NCBI GenBank assembly: GCA_016208225.1
Contig: JACQYM010000109.1
Coordinates: 5,034 to 47,800 of the forward strand
DNA from: Deltaproteobacteria bacterium
GTDB taxonomy: Bacteria; Desulfobacterota; Desulfobulbia; Desulfobulbales; SURF-16
Length of the DNA: 42,767 nt
Reading direction: 5' to 3'
The notes beneath the pieces are model-generated. The model was not told where the DNA came from, made no database searches, and worked only from the letters and a program-made list of their open reading frames with translations. Positions 18,620 to 27,426 of this stretch are shown here, one piece after another (within the stretch, counting starts at the first letter, position 1; each line of letters opens with the position of its first letter). The position numbers and the translations under genes were made by a program.

Positions 18620-20091
18620 TGAGTAAGGGCGAAGAGGGGGCAACGGTTGATCCTTCTCTGAATATCTTTCCGGCCCATGTCCGCCATATTCATCTGATGG
18701 GGATATGCGGCACCGCCATGGCAGCCATGGCCGGCATGCTCAAAAGCCAGGGTTTTCATGTAACCGGATCGGATGCCCATGTGTATCCGCCCATGAGCGA
18801 TTTCCTGGTCCGCACCGGCATTCCCATTCTGGAAGGCTATCGGGCCGAAAATCTGGCGGACCGGCCGGACCTGGTCATCGTCGGCAACGTCATCACCCGT
18901 AAAAATCCCGAAACAGCGGCCCTGGCCGCTCTGCGCATCCCCTATCTGTCATTTCCCCAGGTGCTGCGCCATCTCTTCCTGGCCGGCAAGCAGTCCCTGG
19001 TGGTGGCCGGCACCCACGGCAAAACCACCACCTCCTCCATGCTGGCCACCATGCTCCATGGCGCCGGCCTTGATCCCGGCTTCATGATCGGCGGCATCGT
19101 CCAGGCCTTTGGCCGCAATTTCAGAGTGGGGCAGGGGCCTTATTTTGTCGTGGAAGGTGACGAGTATGACACGGCCTTTTTTGATAAGGGGCCGAAATTT
19201 CTTCATTATCAGCCCCATATCGCCATTATTACCAGCATTGAGTTTGACCATGCGGATATCTACGCGGATCTGGACGCGGTCAAACGCTCCTTTGCCCGAT
19301 TGATTGCCCTGATGCCGGCGGACGGCTGCCTGGTCGCCCATGTCGATGACCCGGTGGTGCAGGAACTGACCGCTGCCGCCCCCTGCCCGGTGGTGGGCTA
19401 CGGCCACCTGGCGGAAGATGAGTGGCGCCTCACTGACGTGCAATCCTATCGGGGCGGAAGTTCTTTCACGGCCCTGCACCGCGGCCAGCCCTTCGGCGCG
19501 TTTTCCACGAAGATGCCCGGCAGGCATAATTGCCTGAACAGCCTGGCGGTCATTGCCGTGCTGCACCGGTTGGGTCTTGCAGCGGACGTCATCGGCCGGG
19601 AGCTCGCTCTTTTCCAGGGGGTCAAGCGGCGTCAGGAGGTGCGCGGCGAGGTCGGCGGCGTCACCGTGATTGATGATTTCGCCCATCACCCGACCGCGGT
19701 GCGGGAAACCCTGGCCGCGCTGCGGGCCGCATATGCCGGGCAGCGGCTGGTCACCGTGTTTGAGCCGCGCACCAATACGAGCCGGCGCCGGGTGTTTCAG
19801 CAGGATTATGTCCGTGTCTTTGATGACGCGGATGTGGTGCTGGTCAAGGAGCCCGATGTTCTCGCCGCCGTGGCCGAGGATCAGCGCTTTTCCTCGGCGG
19901 AGCTGGTCGGGTCGCTGCGGCAGCGAGGGGTTGACGCCCATTATTTCCCGGACACCGACCGGATTCTCGCTTATCTCGCCGATATCCTGCGGCCGCAGGA
20001 TGTTGTCGCCATCCTGTCCAACGGCGGATTTGACAATATTCATGCCCGGCTGCTGCAGCAGCTTGCACAACGTTTTTCGCCTGTTGGATAA
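18619..20091 (+). CDS. mpl: Murein peptide ligase (UDP-MurNAc:tripeptide ligase)
   Basis: HLMGICGTAM, YPPMS, GTHGKTTT, EGDEYDTAFFDK, EFDHADI, DDFAHHP, FEPRTNT, SNGGF. Confidence 0.93.
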   Translation: MSKGEEGATVDPSLNIFPAHVRHIHLMGICGTAMAAMAGMLKSQGFHVTGSDAHVYPPMSDFLVRTGIPILEGYRAENLADRPDLVIVGNVITRKNPETAALAALRIPYLSFPQVLRHLFLAGKQSLVVAGTHGKTTTSSMLATMLHGAGLDPGFMIGGIVQAFGRNFRVGQGPYFVVEGDEYDTAFFDKGPKFLHYQPHIAIITSIEFDHADIYADLDAVKRSFARLIALMPADGCLVAHVDDPVVQELTAAAPCPVVGYGHLAEDEWRLTDVQSYRGGSSFTALHRGQPFGAFSTKMPGRHNCLNSLAVIAVLHRLGLAADVIGRELALFQGVKRRQEVRGEVGGVTVIDDFAHHPTAVRETLAALRAAYAGQRLVTVFEPRTNTSRRRVFQQDYVRVFDDADVVLVKEPDVLAAVAEDQRFSSAELVGSLRQRGVDAHYFPDTDRILAYLADILRPQDVVAILSNGGFDNIHARLLQQLAQRFSPVG

Positions 20092-20245
20092 ATAGTCTCT
20101 ATTTCCGTATTTCTACGGACTTTTCTCCCCATGGACCCGTCTCTGTTTTCCGTGCTTATGCACAAAAAATAAGTGCAGCTTTTTCCCCTGGTATTGTTGC
20201 GTAAAATCAGCATGATATGTTTGATTTTTCGGTCATGCGCCGGGA

Positions 20246-20320
20246 ATGAACCGTTATTCATAATTGTGTGAATAGCCATTCATTTTTTGCTTGACATAGA
20301 AAATGCTATGGGATAAAAAT
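20246..20320 (+). promoter_or_regulatory. Tandem RTGAA-N6-TTCAT sites and sigma70-like promoter of the nuo operon
   Basis: Sites at 20246-20261 and 20268-20283. TTGACA at 20291; weak -10 near 20314. Confidence 0.5.
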
Positions 20321-20582
20321 CCGCTGGAACTGCGCAATTTCAAGTGTTGCGCGGCAAAGAGTCAAAGTTCCGCAAACAGGTGAACCTGCCCGGAGCAGGA
20401 AGATGATGGACGAATTCTCCTGTTCCCCCGGTGCGGAGGGATGACTTTCCAGGCAACTCCCCCGGGAGCTGGCCTTTCTTCAGGTCACAACAACCATTTT
20501 AAAGGTGCTGCTCAGTCTGGAACTGAAAAGCGCCTGATCGTCCCCCCGGAGATTTCCGCCGGACGGACAAAGGAGCTGAATC

Positions 20583-20984
20583 GTGGAACAACAGGCTCTC
20601 CTTGATCTTCTTTATGTCGCGGCATTTACCCTTTGCGGTCTCGGCTTTGGTTTTGGCCCCCTCCTCATTGTTTATCTCTTCTCCCCGCGCGGCACCCGCA
20701 ATCTCGTCAACAAGACAAGAATCCCTATTGAGTGCGGTATGGAAACCATAGGTCCTGCCTGGATTCGATACGGTATTGTCTATTATCTGTATGCCTTGAT
20801 GTTTCTGGCCTTTGATGTGGATGTGCTGTTTCTTTTTCCCGTGGCAGCGGTTTATAACGATTTCCCCGGGATGCGGGGGTTTGTCGAAATTGTTTTATTT
20901 GTCGCGGTTCTTTCACTGGCGATTGTTTATGCATGGAATAAGGGAGTGTTCAAGTGGGAACGGAAAGTATACCAACAGCAGTAG
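20583..20984 (+). CDS. nuoA: Complex I-like subunit A
   Basis: [24 protein letters not shown]. Confidence 0.93.
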   Translation: MEQQALLDLLYVAAFTLCGLGFGFGPLLIVYLFSPRGTRNLVNKTRIPIECGMETIGPAWIRYGIVYYLYALMFLAFDVDVLFLFPVAAVYNDFPGMRGFVEIVLFVAVLSLAIVYAWNKGVFKWERKVYQQQ

Positions 20985-21490
20985 AGAGTGCTATACCCCC
21001 TGCATTGTTGCAGTTTCATCAACTTGATAAACTGCGGATGCTGGCCAGGGCAAACTCATTGTGGCCCATGACCTTCGGCTTGGCCTGCTGCGCCATTGAG
21101 ATGCTGTCAAGCGGCTGCGCCCGTTTTGACCTGTCGCGTTTCGGTGCGGAGGTTTTCCGTCCGTCACCGCGGCAAAGCGATGTGATGATCGTTGCCGGCA
21201 CCCTCAATAAAAAGATGTTGCCCGCCGTCAAGATCCTTTATGACCAGATGCCGGAACCCAAGTGGGTTATCGCCATGGGAAACTGCGCGATTTCCGGCGG
21301 TCCTTTTGTTTTTCCGGGTCAATATAATGTTGTGGAAGGAGTGGACAGCTTTCTGCCGGTTGATGTCTATATCCCCGGTTGTCCGCCGCGTCCTGAGGCC
21401 CTGATTGAGGGATTGCTGGAACTGGAGGAAAAGATTACCGGTCACCGGCGCTGGCCGCGGGTGAAACCGGAAACAGCGGTCAAGGGTTGA
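20954..21490 (+). CDS. nuoB: Complex I-like subunit B
   Basis: [30 protein letters not shown]. Confidence 0.96.
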   Translation: MGTESIPTAVESAIPPALLQFHQLDKLRMLARANSLWPMTFGLACCAIEMLSSGCARFDLSRFGAEVFRPSPRQSDVMIVAGTLNKKMLPAVKILYDQMPEPKWVIAMGNCAISGGPFVFPGQYNVVEGVDSFLPVDVYIPGCPPRPEALIEGLLELEEKITGHRRWPRVKPETAVKG

Positions 21491-21574
21491 GCCGGAGCAG
21501 CATTTACCACTCACAGGTTGCCGGGTATTTACAGGTACTGCCGGTTATGGTGAGTTCACCTTCATGGTAACGTT

Positions 21575-22141
21575 ATGGATCGAGCTAAAATAAAAAGAGA
21601 ACTGGAAAAGTTGGCCGCTGCAGGTATGCCTGCCGAGCAACCGCAGGAAGCAGCGGCGCCGGTGGAAGTCCAAGCTGAAGGAGAGGGAGAGGGCAAGCCG
21701 AAGCCCAAGGCCAAGAAGGAAGAGGATGCCCCCCCCCGAAAAAATGGCCTGATCGAAACGGAATATGCAAAACGGGGCGCTCATCTTGATGTGCAGATCA
21801 ACCCGGATCAGGTGGTCAGCGCGGCTGAATTCCTGGATGGCGAGGGGATGACCCTGGAGATGGTGACCGGCGTTGACTGGATCAAGGAGAATCAGTTCGA
21901 AGTCATTTATGACTATTCCTATACCGGCGGCCAGCTGTTGCGGGTGGTGGTGCGGGCCAGAGTTGACCGGAACAAGCCCGACATTGCCACTGTTTGTCAT
22001 ATCTTTGGGGGCGCAAACTGGCATGAGAGGGAGACCTGGGAATTGCTGGGCATCAATTTTGTCGGTCATCCGCAGCTTGAACACTTCCTGTTGCCGGAAG
22101 ATGCTGATTTTTTCCCATTACGTAAGGATTTCAAACCATGA
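21575..22141 (+). CDS. nuoC: Complex I-like subunit C with charged N-terminal extension
   Basis: VTGVDW, ANWHERE, GHP, PLRKDF. Confidence 0.93.
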   Translation: MDRAKIKRELEKLAAAGMPAEQPQEAAAPVEVQAEGEGEGKPKPKAKKEEDAPPRKNGLIETEYAKRGAHLDVQINPDQVVSAAEFLDGEGMTLEMVTGVDWIKENQFEVIYDYSYTGGQLLRVVVRARVDRNKPDIATVCHIFGGANWHERETWELLGINFVGHPQLEHFLLPEDADFFPLRKDFKP

Positions 22142-23256
22142 GTTCATTAGCCCAAAGCCAGTTGCGTGAGACCTTTGAGCTGAATATAGGTCCACAGCAT
22201 CCTGCCACCCACGGTGTACTGCGCATCAAGGTCGTCATGGACGGGGAATATATCGTCCGGGCGGAGCCTATTCTCGGCTATATTCACCGCATGCATGAGA
22301 AAATGGGCGAAAACCGGACATGGAACCAGTTCTGGCCCAATATGGGCCGGCTCGATTATCTGTCCGCCATTGCCTATAACCATTGCTATGCCTGTCTGGT
22401 GGAGCGGGCCATGGGCATCGAGGTGCCTGAGCGGGCGGAGTATATTCGCGTCATCACCGCCGAGCTGAACCGGATCCAGAGCCATCTTTTAGGCTTCGGT
22501 GCCTATATCATGGATCTTGGCGGCTTTACACCGCTCATGTACGCCATGGATGAGCGCGAGCAGATCCTCGACCTCCTGGAGTCGGTCACCGGCTCCCGCC
22601 TCACCTACTGTTATTTCCGGTTCGGCGGGGTGTATAACGATATCGATGACGACTTCATCACCGGCACCCGCGCCTTTATCAAGAGATTTCGGCCCCAGAT
22701 TCCCATGTATCATAAGCTGGTTACCGGCAATGTCATCCTGATGGACCGTCTTAATGGCGTCGGCCCCATTTCCGCGGATCTGTGCCGGAAATATGGCGCC
22801 ACCGGCCCTGTGCTGCGGGGTTCGGGCGTCAATTTTGATGTCCGCCGGAATGAACCGTACGGGGTCTATCCGGAGCTTGATTTCGATATTCCGGTGTATC
22901 ACGAATGTGATTCCATGGCCCGTTACATGGTGAGAATGGATGAGATGGTGCAGTCCTGCCGCATCATCGAAAATGCCTTGAATAAACTGCCGGAAGGGCC
23001 GGTGATGGCTGAGAAGGTGCCGAAGGCCCTGAAACCGCCCAAAGGTGATTTTCATTTTGCCGTGGAAGCCGCGCGCGGAACTTTTTCCATGAGAACCGTC
23101 AGTGACGGCACCAACACCTCGTACCGGATGAGACTGCGGTCTCCAACCTATTCCAATGTCAGCCTGTTCGAGGAGGCAAGCCGCGGGATGCTGCTTTCCG
23201 ACGCCCTGGCGTTTTTGGGAAGTCTTGATCCCGTCATCCCCGAGATGGACCGGTAA
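22138..23256 (+). CDS. nuoD: Complex I-like subunit D
   Basis: GPQHPATHGVLR, GYIHR, RLDY, EMDR C-terminus; no NiFe CxxC pairs. Confidence 0.96.
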   Translation: MSSLAQSQLRETFELNIGPQHPATHGVLRIKVVMDGEYIVRAEPILGYIHRMHEKMGENRTWNQFWPNMGRLDYLSAIAYNHCYACLVERAMGIEVPERAEYIRVITAELNRIQSHLLGFGAYIMDLGGFTPLMYAMDEREQILDLLESVTGSRLTYCYFRFGGVYNDIDDDFITGTRAFIKRFRPQIPMYHKLVTGNVILMDRLNGVGPISADLCRKYGATGPVLRGSGVNFDVRRNEPYGVYPELDFDIPVYHECDSMARYMVRMDEMVQSCRIIENALNKLPEGPVMAEKVPKALKPPKGDFHFAVEAARGTFSMRTVSDGTNTSYRMRLRSPTYSNVSLFEEASRGMLLSDALAFLGSLDPVIPEMDR

Positions 23257-23268
23257 GGAGCAAGCACG

Positions 23269-24252
23269 ATGAATGAATTAATACGATTACTCGCTTACAT
23301 GCTGGGCATTGCCGCCTTTCTTGGTTTGAATCTCGCCTATCTGGGCTGGGTCGAGAGGAAGGGCGCCGGTCATTTTCAGCGGCGGACCGGCCCGAAAGAG
23401 GTTGGGCCCTATGGACTGCTGCAGCCCCTTGCCGACGGTCTCAAGCTCATGTCAAAACAGCTTGTTGTCCCGACCAATGCCGACAGGCCGCTCTATATGT
23501 GCGCCCCGATCCTCATCATGGTGCCCTCTGTTCTGTTGTTTGTCGCCATCCCGTTTGGCGAGCATCTGGTGCCCAGGGAATTTAATTTCGGTCTGATCAT
23601 GATGTTTGCCTTTGCCTCCATGGCCGGTTTATCCATCCTGATCGGCGGCTGGGGCTCGGGGAACAAATATTCACTCATCGCCGGAACCAGGGCGGTCTCG
23701 CAGAATGTTGCCTATGAGATTCCCATGCTGATCACGGCAATCAACATCGTCCTGATCACCGGCTCCCTGGATCTGAATGAAATCGTCCGGCAGCAGGGCA
23801 GCTACATCTGGAACTGGAATGTATTCCGGCTGGATAAATCCATCCTCATGCCGGTTTCCTTCCTGGTTTTCTTTATCTGTTCCCTGGCCGAGACCAATCG
23901 TACCCCGTTTGATCTGGGTGAGTGCGAAGGCGAGCTTGTCGCCGGCTATCATACGGAATACGGCGGTATGGGGTTCGGCCTTTTCATGATGGCTGAGTAT
24001 GCCAACCTTGTCATCGGCTGCAGCCTGACCACTGTTCTCTTTCTCGGCGGCTGGCAGTGTCCGTTCGGTTTATTCCCGGGGCCGCACTGGTTCCTGCTCA
24101 AGATGTATTTTCTCATCTGGTGTTTTGTCTGGATTCGCTGGACCTATCCGCGCACCACATTCTGGGGCCTGCTGAATCTTTCCTGGAAATATCTCATTCC
24201 GTTTTCATTGGTTAACTTGTTGCTAACAGCCTTATTTATAAAGGTATTTTGA
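23269..24252 (+). CDS. nuoH: Complex I-like subunit H
   Basis: ERK...Q.R.GP, LQPLADGLK, AETNRTPFDL, ELVAGYHTEY. Confidence 0.96.
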   Translation: MNELIRLLAYMLGIAAFLGLNLAYLGWVERKGAGHFQRRTGPKEVGPYGLLQPLADGLKLMSKQLVVPTNADRPLYMCAPILIMVPSVLLFVAIPFGEHLVPREFNFGLIMMFAFASMAGLSILIGGWGSGNKYSLIAGTRAVSQNVAYEIPMLITAINIVLITGSLDLNEIVRQQGSYIWNWNVFRLDKSILMPVSFLVFFICSLAETNRTPFDLGECEGELVAGYHTEYGGMGFGLFMMAEYANLVIGCSLTTVLFLGGWQCPFGLFPGPHWFLLKMYFLIWCFVWIRWTYPRTTFWGLLNLSWKYLIPFSLVNLLLTALFIKVF

Positions 24253-24254
24253 TT

Positions 24255-24824
24255 ATGTCCGGATACTTTAAAGAGATCATTACGGGATTGAAAAGTCTGG
24301 CCATCGGCTTGCAGATCACCAATAAAGAATTTTTCACCAAACCCATCACCCTGCAGTATCCCCATGAGTCGGTGAAGATGACGCCCCGCTATCGGGGCCA
24401 TATTGAACTGGTCAAGGACCCGCAGACCGGCACGCACCGGTGCATCGCCTGCGGCATGTGCGAGAAGGGCTGCCCCACGGGCTGCATTACCGTGCAGGCG
24501 GAAAAGCGGGAAGGGGTCAAGGGCAAGGTGCTGACCGCCTATATTCTCAACTTTACCACCTGCAGTCTGTGCGGTCAGTGTGTGGAAAACTGCAAGCCCG
24601 AGGCCATCAACTTTTCCAATGAGTACAATCTGGCCAGCACCCGGCGCGAAGATTACATTTTCAACCTGCTGCAAAAGCTGCATCCCGAAGGTGTTCCGGA
24701 ACCTGAGATTGATCCGGAGTTATTAAAGAAAGAACGCGAGAAAAAAGAAGCTGCAAAGAAAGAACCCGCAAAAAAAGCAGCAGCTAAGGAAGGCGGGGAA
24801 TCAAAAGCAGAGGAAAAAAGCTGA
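24255..24824 (+). CDS. nuoI: Complex I-like subunit I (2x4Fe-4S) with Lys/Glu-rich tail
   Basis: T.QYP, RYRG, CIACGMCEKGCP, CSLCGQCVENCK. Confidence 0.93.
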   Translation: MSGYFKEIITGLKSLAIGLQITNKEFFTKPITLQYPHESVKMTPRYRGHIELVKDPQTGTHRCIACGMCEKGCPTGCITVQAEKREGVKGKVLTAYILNFTTCSLCGQCVENCKPEAINFSNEYNLASTRREDYIFNLLQKLHPEGVPEPEIDPELLKKEREKKEAAKKEPAKKAAAKEGGESKAEEKS

Positions 24825-25357
24825 TGAATCCTTCACTGTTTTCACCGGAAGGTCTAGCCGGGATTATTTTCCTGATCCTGATCGGCGTGACAATACTCGG
24901 GGCGATCATAGCCACCTGTACGAAAAGGCTGATCAGAAGTGTTACCGGACTTGCGGTCTGTTTCGTGGGCGTTGCCGGACTTTACTACTTCCTGAACAGC
25001 CCCTTTGTCGCCATGATGGAACTGCTGATTTATGTCGGCGCCGTCTGTGTGACCATCGCCTTTGCCATCATGCTCGCCGAACCGGACGAGGCAAGGCTGG
25101 CGAGAAAAATCAGCGGGTTGAGCGGCGGCCTGGCCGCGATCTGCGGCGGGGCCATAGCATTTGCCCTTGGTTACGCGGCTGTCAACGGCACCTGGATGGC
25201 GGCGCCCGCTGCCCGGGCCAACGACGGATCGCTGAAGATGATCGGTGAATCCCTGCTGACCAGATACAGCATGGTATTTGAACTGATCTCGATTGTCCTG
25301 CTGGTGGCCATCATCGGCTCAATGGCTCTTGCCCGGGGCGGAAGGAGGGAAGAATAA
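24824..25357 (+). CDS. nuoJ: Complex I-like subunit J
   Basis: LIYVGAV, FELISIVLLVAIIG. Confidence 0.92.
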   Translation: MNPSLFSPEGLAGIIFLILIGVTILGAIIATCTKRLIRSVTGLAVCFVGVAGLYYFLNSPFVAMMELLIYVGAVCVTIAFAIMLAEPDEARLARKISGLSGGLAAICGGAIAFALGYAAVNGTWMAAPAARANDGSLKMIGESLLTRYSMVFELISIVLLVAIIGSMALARGGRREE

Positions 25358-25359
25358 TC

Positions 25360-25680
25360 ATGTTAACTCTCAGTTCTCAGCTCAACACGTATCTTATCAT
25401 GGGTGCCGTTCTTTTCGGATTCGGCATTTTCGGCCTGCTGCGCCGGCCGAGCCTCATCGGCATGCTGATCGCCGTGGAGCTTGTTTTAAGCGGCGCCTCG
25501 ATCAATTTTATGGCCTTTAACCGTTTTCTGGCGCCTGATCCCACGGTGGGGCAGATCATAACCCTGTTCATCATGGCCATCGCCGCGGCCGAGGCCGCCA
25601 TCTCGCTGAGCATCGTTATCGCCGTATACAGGAATTACAAGTCCATTGAAGTTGAAGACCTGGTAGAACTTAAAGGATAG
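25360..25680 (+). CDS. nuoK: Complex I-like subunit K
   Basis: VELVL, AIAAAEAA, LKG C-terminus. Confidence 0.94.
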   Translation: MLTLSSQLNTYLIMGAVLFGFGIFGLLRRPSLIGMLIAVELVLSGASINFMAFNRFLAPDPTVGQIITLFIMAIAAAEAAISLSIVIAVYRNYKSIEVEDLVELKG

Positions 25681-25694
25681 AATTGAGGATTATC

Positions 25695-27181
25695 ATGGAA
25701 ACCGTCAGCGCCGCCACCGGCGATATCGTAACCACAAGTAGATTAGTATGGACTTTGATTGTCCCGTTGCTTGGCTCCTTCCTCGTTTCATTGTCCGGGA
25801 AAAAGCCCAATCTGCGGGAGAGCTGGTCTGTCATATCTGCCGTCATACTTTTTTCACTGGTCTTAACGATGGTTTCACCGGTTTTGGCCGGGAAAACCTT
25901 TTATTATCAGCTTTTTAAAATACTGCCGGGCGTGACGGTAACCCTGCGGGCCGATGCTTTTTCCATGATCTTCGCCCTGGTCGCCTCCTCCCTCTGGATC
26001 GCGGCCGCTTTTTACTCCATGGGGTATATGCGCGGGCTGCATGAGCATGCGCAGACCCGGTTCAACACCTGTTTTGCCATTGCCATCTTCGGCGCCATCG
26101 GCGTGGCCTTCTCGGACAACCTGTTTACCATGTATCTCTTCTATGAGATCGTCAGTGTCTGCACCTACCCGCTTGTTGCGCATCATCAGGATGAAGAGGC
26201 GTATGAAGGGGCAAAAAAATATATTGTTTATCTGACCACCACGGCCAAAGGGTTTCTGCTGCCCTCCCTGGCGCTCATTTACGTGATGACCGGCTCGCTC
26301 GATTTCCCCTATAACATTTACAGCGGTATGTTCCCGGCTGATGCCAACTCCGCCATTGTTACCATGCTCTTCATCTTCTGCCTGTTCGGCTTTGCCAAAA
26401 ACGGCGTCATGCCGTTCCATCGCTGGCTGCCGGGCGCCATGGTCGCCCCGACCCCGGTCAGTGCCCTTCTCCATGCCGTGGCCGTGTCTTCTGTACCGCC
26501 CGCATGATGCTGTACGGATTCGGCGTTGATCTGATGACGTCCCTGAATCTTGGCCTGCCCACGGCCTACTTTGTCGGCTTTACCGTGGTGATGGCCTCCG
26601 TCATCGCCCTGACCAAGGATAATCTGAAAGCGCGGCTGGCCTACTCCACGGTCAGTCAGCTCTCCTATATTATCCTGGGGGTCTGTCTGCTCACCCCGCA
26701 CGGCATTGCCGGCGGTCTGATCCATATCGCCAATCACGCCTTTTCCAAAATCACCCTCTTCTTCTGCGCCGGCGCCATCTATGTCGCCACCCATAAGAAA
26801 AATATCTCCGAGATGGGCGGACTGGCGAAATCCATGCCCTTTACCTTCGGGGCCTTTGCCATCGCCTCGCCCAGCACGATCGGCGCCCCGCCGCTGGCGG
26901 GCTCTGTGACCAAATGGGAACTGCTGGTCGGCCCCATCGAATCGGGTTCCTTCGGCATCATTCTCGTCTTGCTTGCCAGTACGCTGCTCAATGTCGGTTA
27001 TTTTGCCCCGGTCGCCTACAAGGCATTTTTCGGCAAACGGCCGGCCGGCGAGCAGTATGAGGGCATCAAAGAGGCGCCATTGAGCATGGTTATTCCCCTG
27101 TGCACAGCCTCACTTATTTCGGTCATTATTGGCATCTATCCGAATTTTTTCATGAATTTTGTTAAGGCGGTGATAGGATGA
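25695..27181 (+). pseudogene. MrpD-like antiporter subunit, frameshifted at ~26486 (true lesion or sequence error)
   Basis: ORFs 25683-26507 and 26504-27181 are two halves of one protein: ...APTPVSALLHAVAV, frame change, VFCTARMMLY...LKARLAYSTVSQLSY, NHAFSK. Confidence 0.85.
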
Positions 27182-27426
27182 TTAGCTTGATTGAATTCTT
27201 CCGCGAGCGCCTGAAGGGAACTATTATCGCCTGTCTGGTTTTGATCGGCATAATAGCTCTCTGGGGGGCATTTATGGTTGATACGAGCCATGCTCATACC
27301 AAAATGGAAAAGATCCCGTTTTTCTGGAGTTTTTTTGGACTGATCGGCGGAGCGTTGCTTATTCTCCTGTCACGATTCTTCGGCCGCCTGGGAATCATGA
27401 CCCGCGAGGATTATTACGATGAATAA
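27178..27426 (+). CDS. Small 2-TM membrane protein of the complex I-like operon
   Basis: 82 aa, two hydrophobic stretches, overlaps both neighbours, ends REDYYDE. Confidence 0.8.
   Translation: MISLIEFFRERLKGTIIACLVLIGIIALWGAFMVDTSHAHTKMEKIPFFWSFFGLIGGALLILLSRFFGRLGIMTREDYYDE

Noticed and set aside
20325-20582. Known riboswitch in the nuo leader
   Set aside because: Small hairpins are present but no aptamer consensus that I recognise; needs an Rfam scan.
22138-23256. Group 4 [NiFe]-hydrogenase large subunit
   Set aside because: No N- or C-terminal CxxC Ni-binding motifs; NuoD quinone-site motifs are present.
26480-26507. Programmed frameshift or selenocysteine readthrough in the MrpD-like gene
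   Set aside because: No slippery heptamer, conserved residues are missing, and the TGA is in the wrong frame for readthrough.
26860-26940. Diversity-generating retroelement mutagenesis explaining the T>C cluster
   Set aside because: No reverse transcriptase or template repeat in the window, and the target is a membrane core region.
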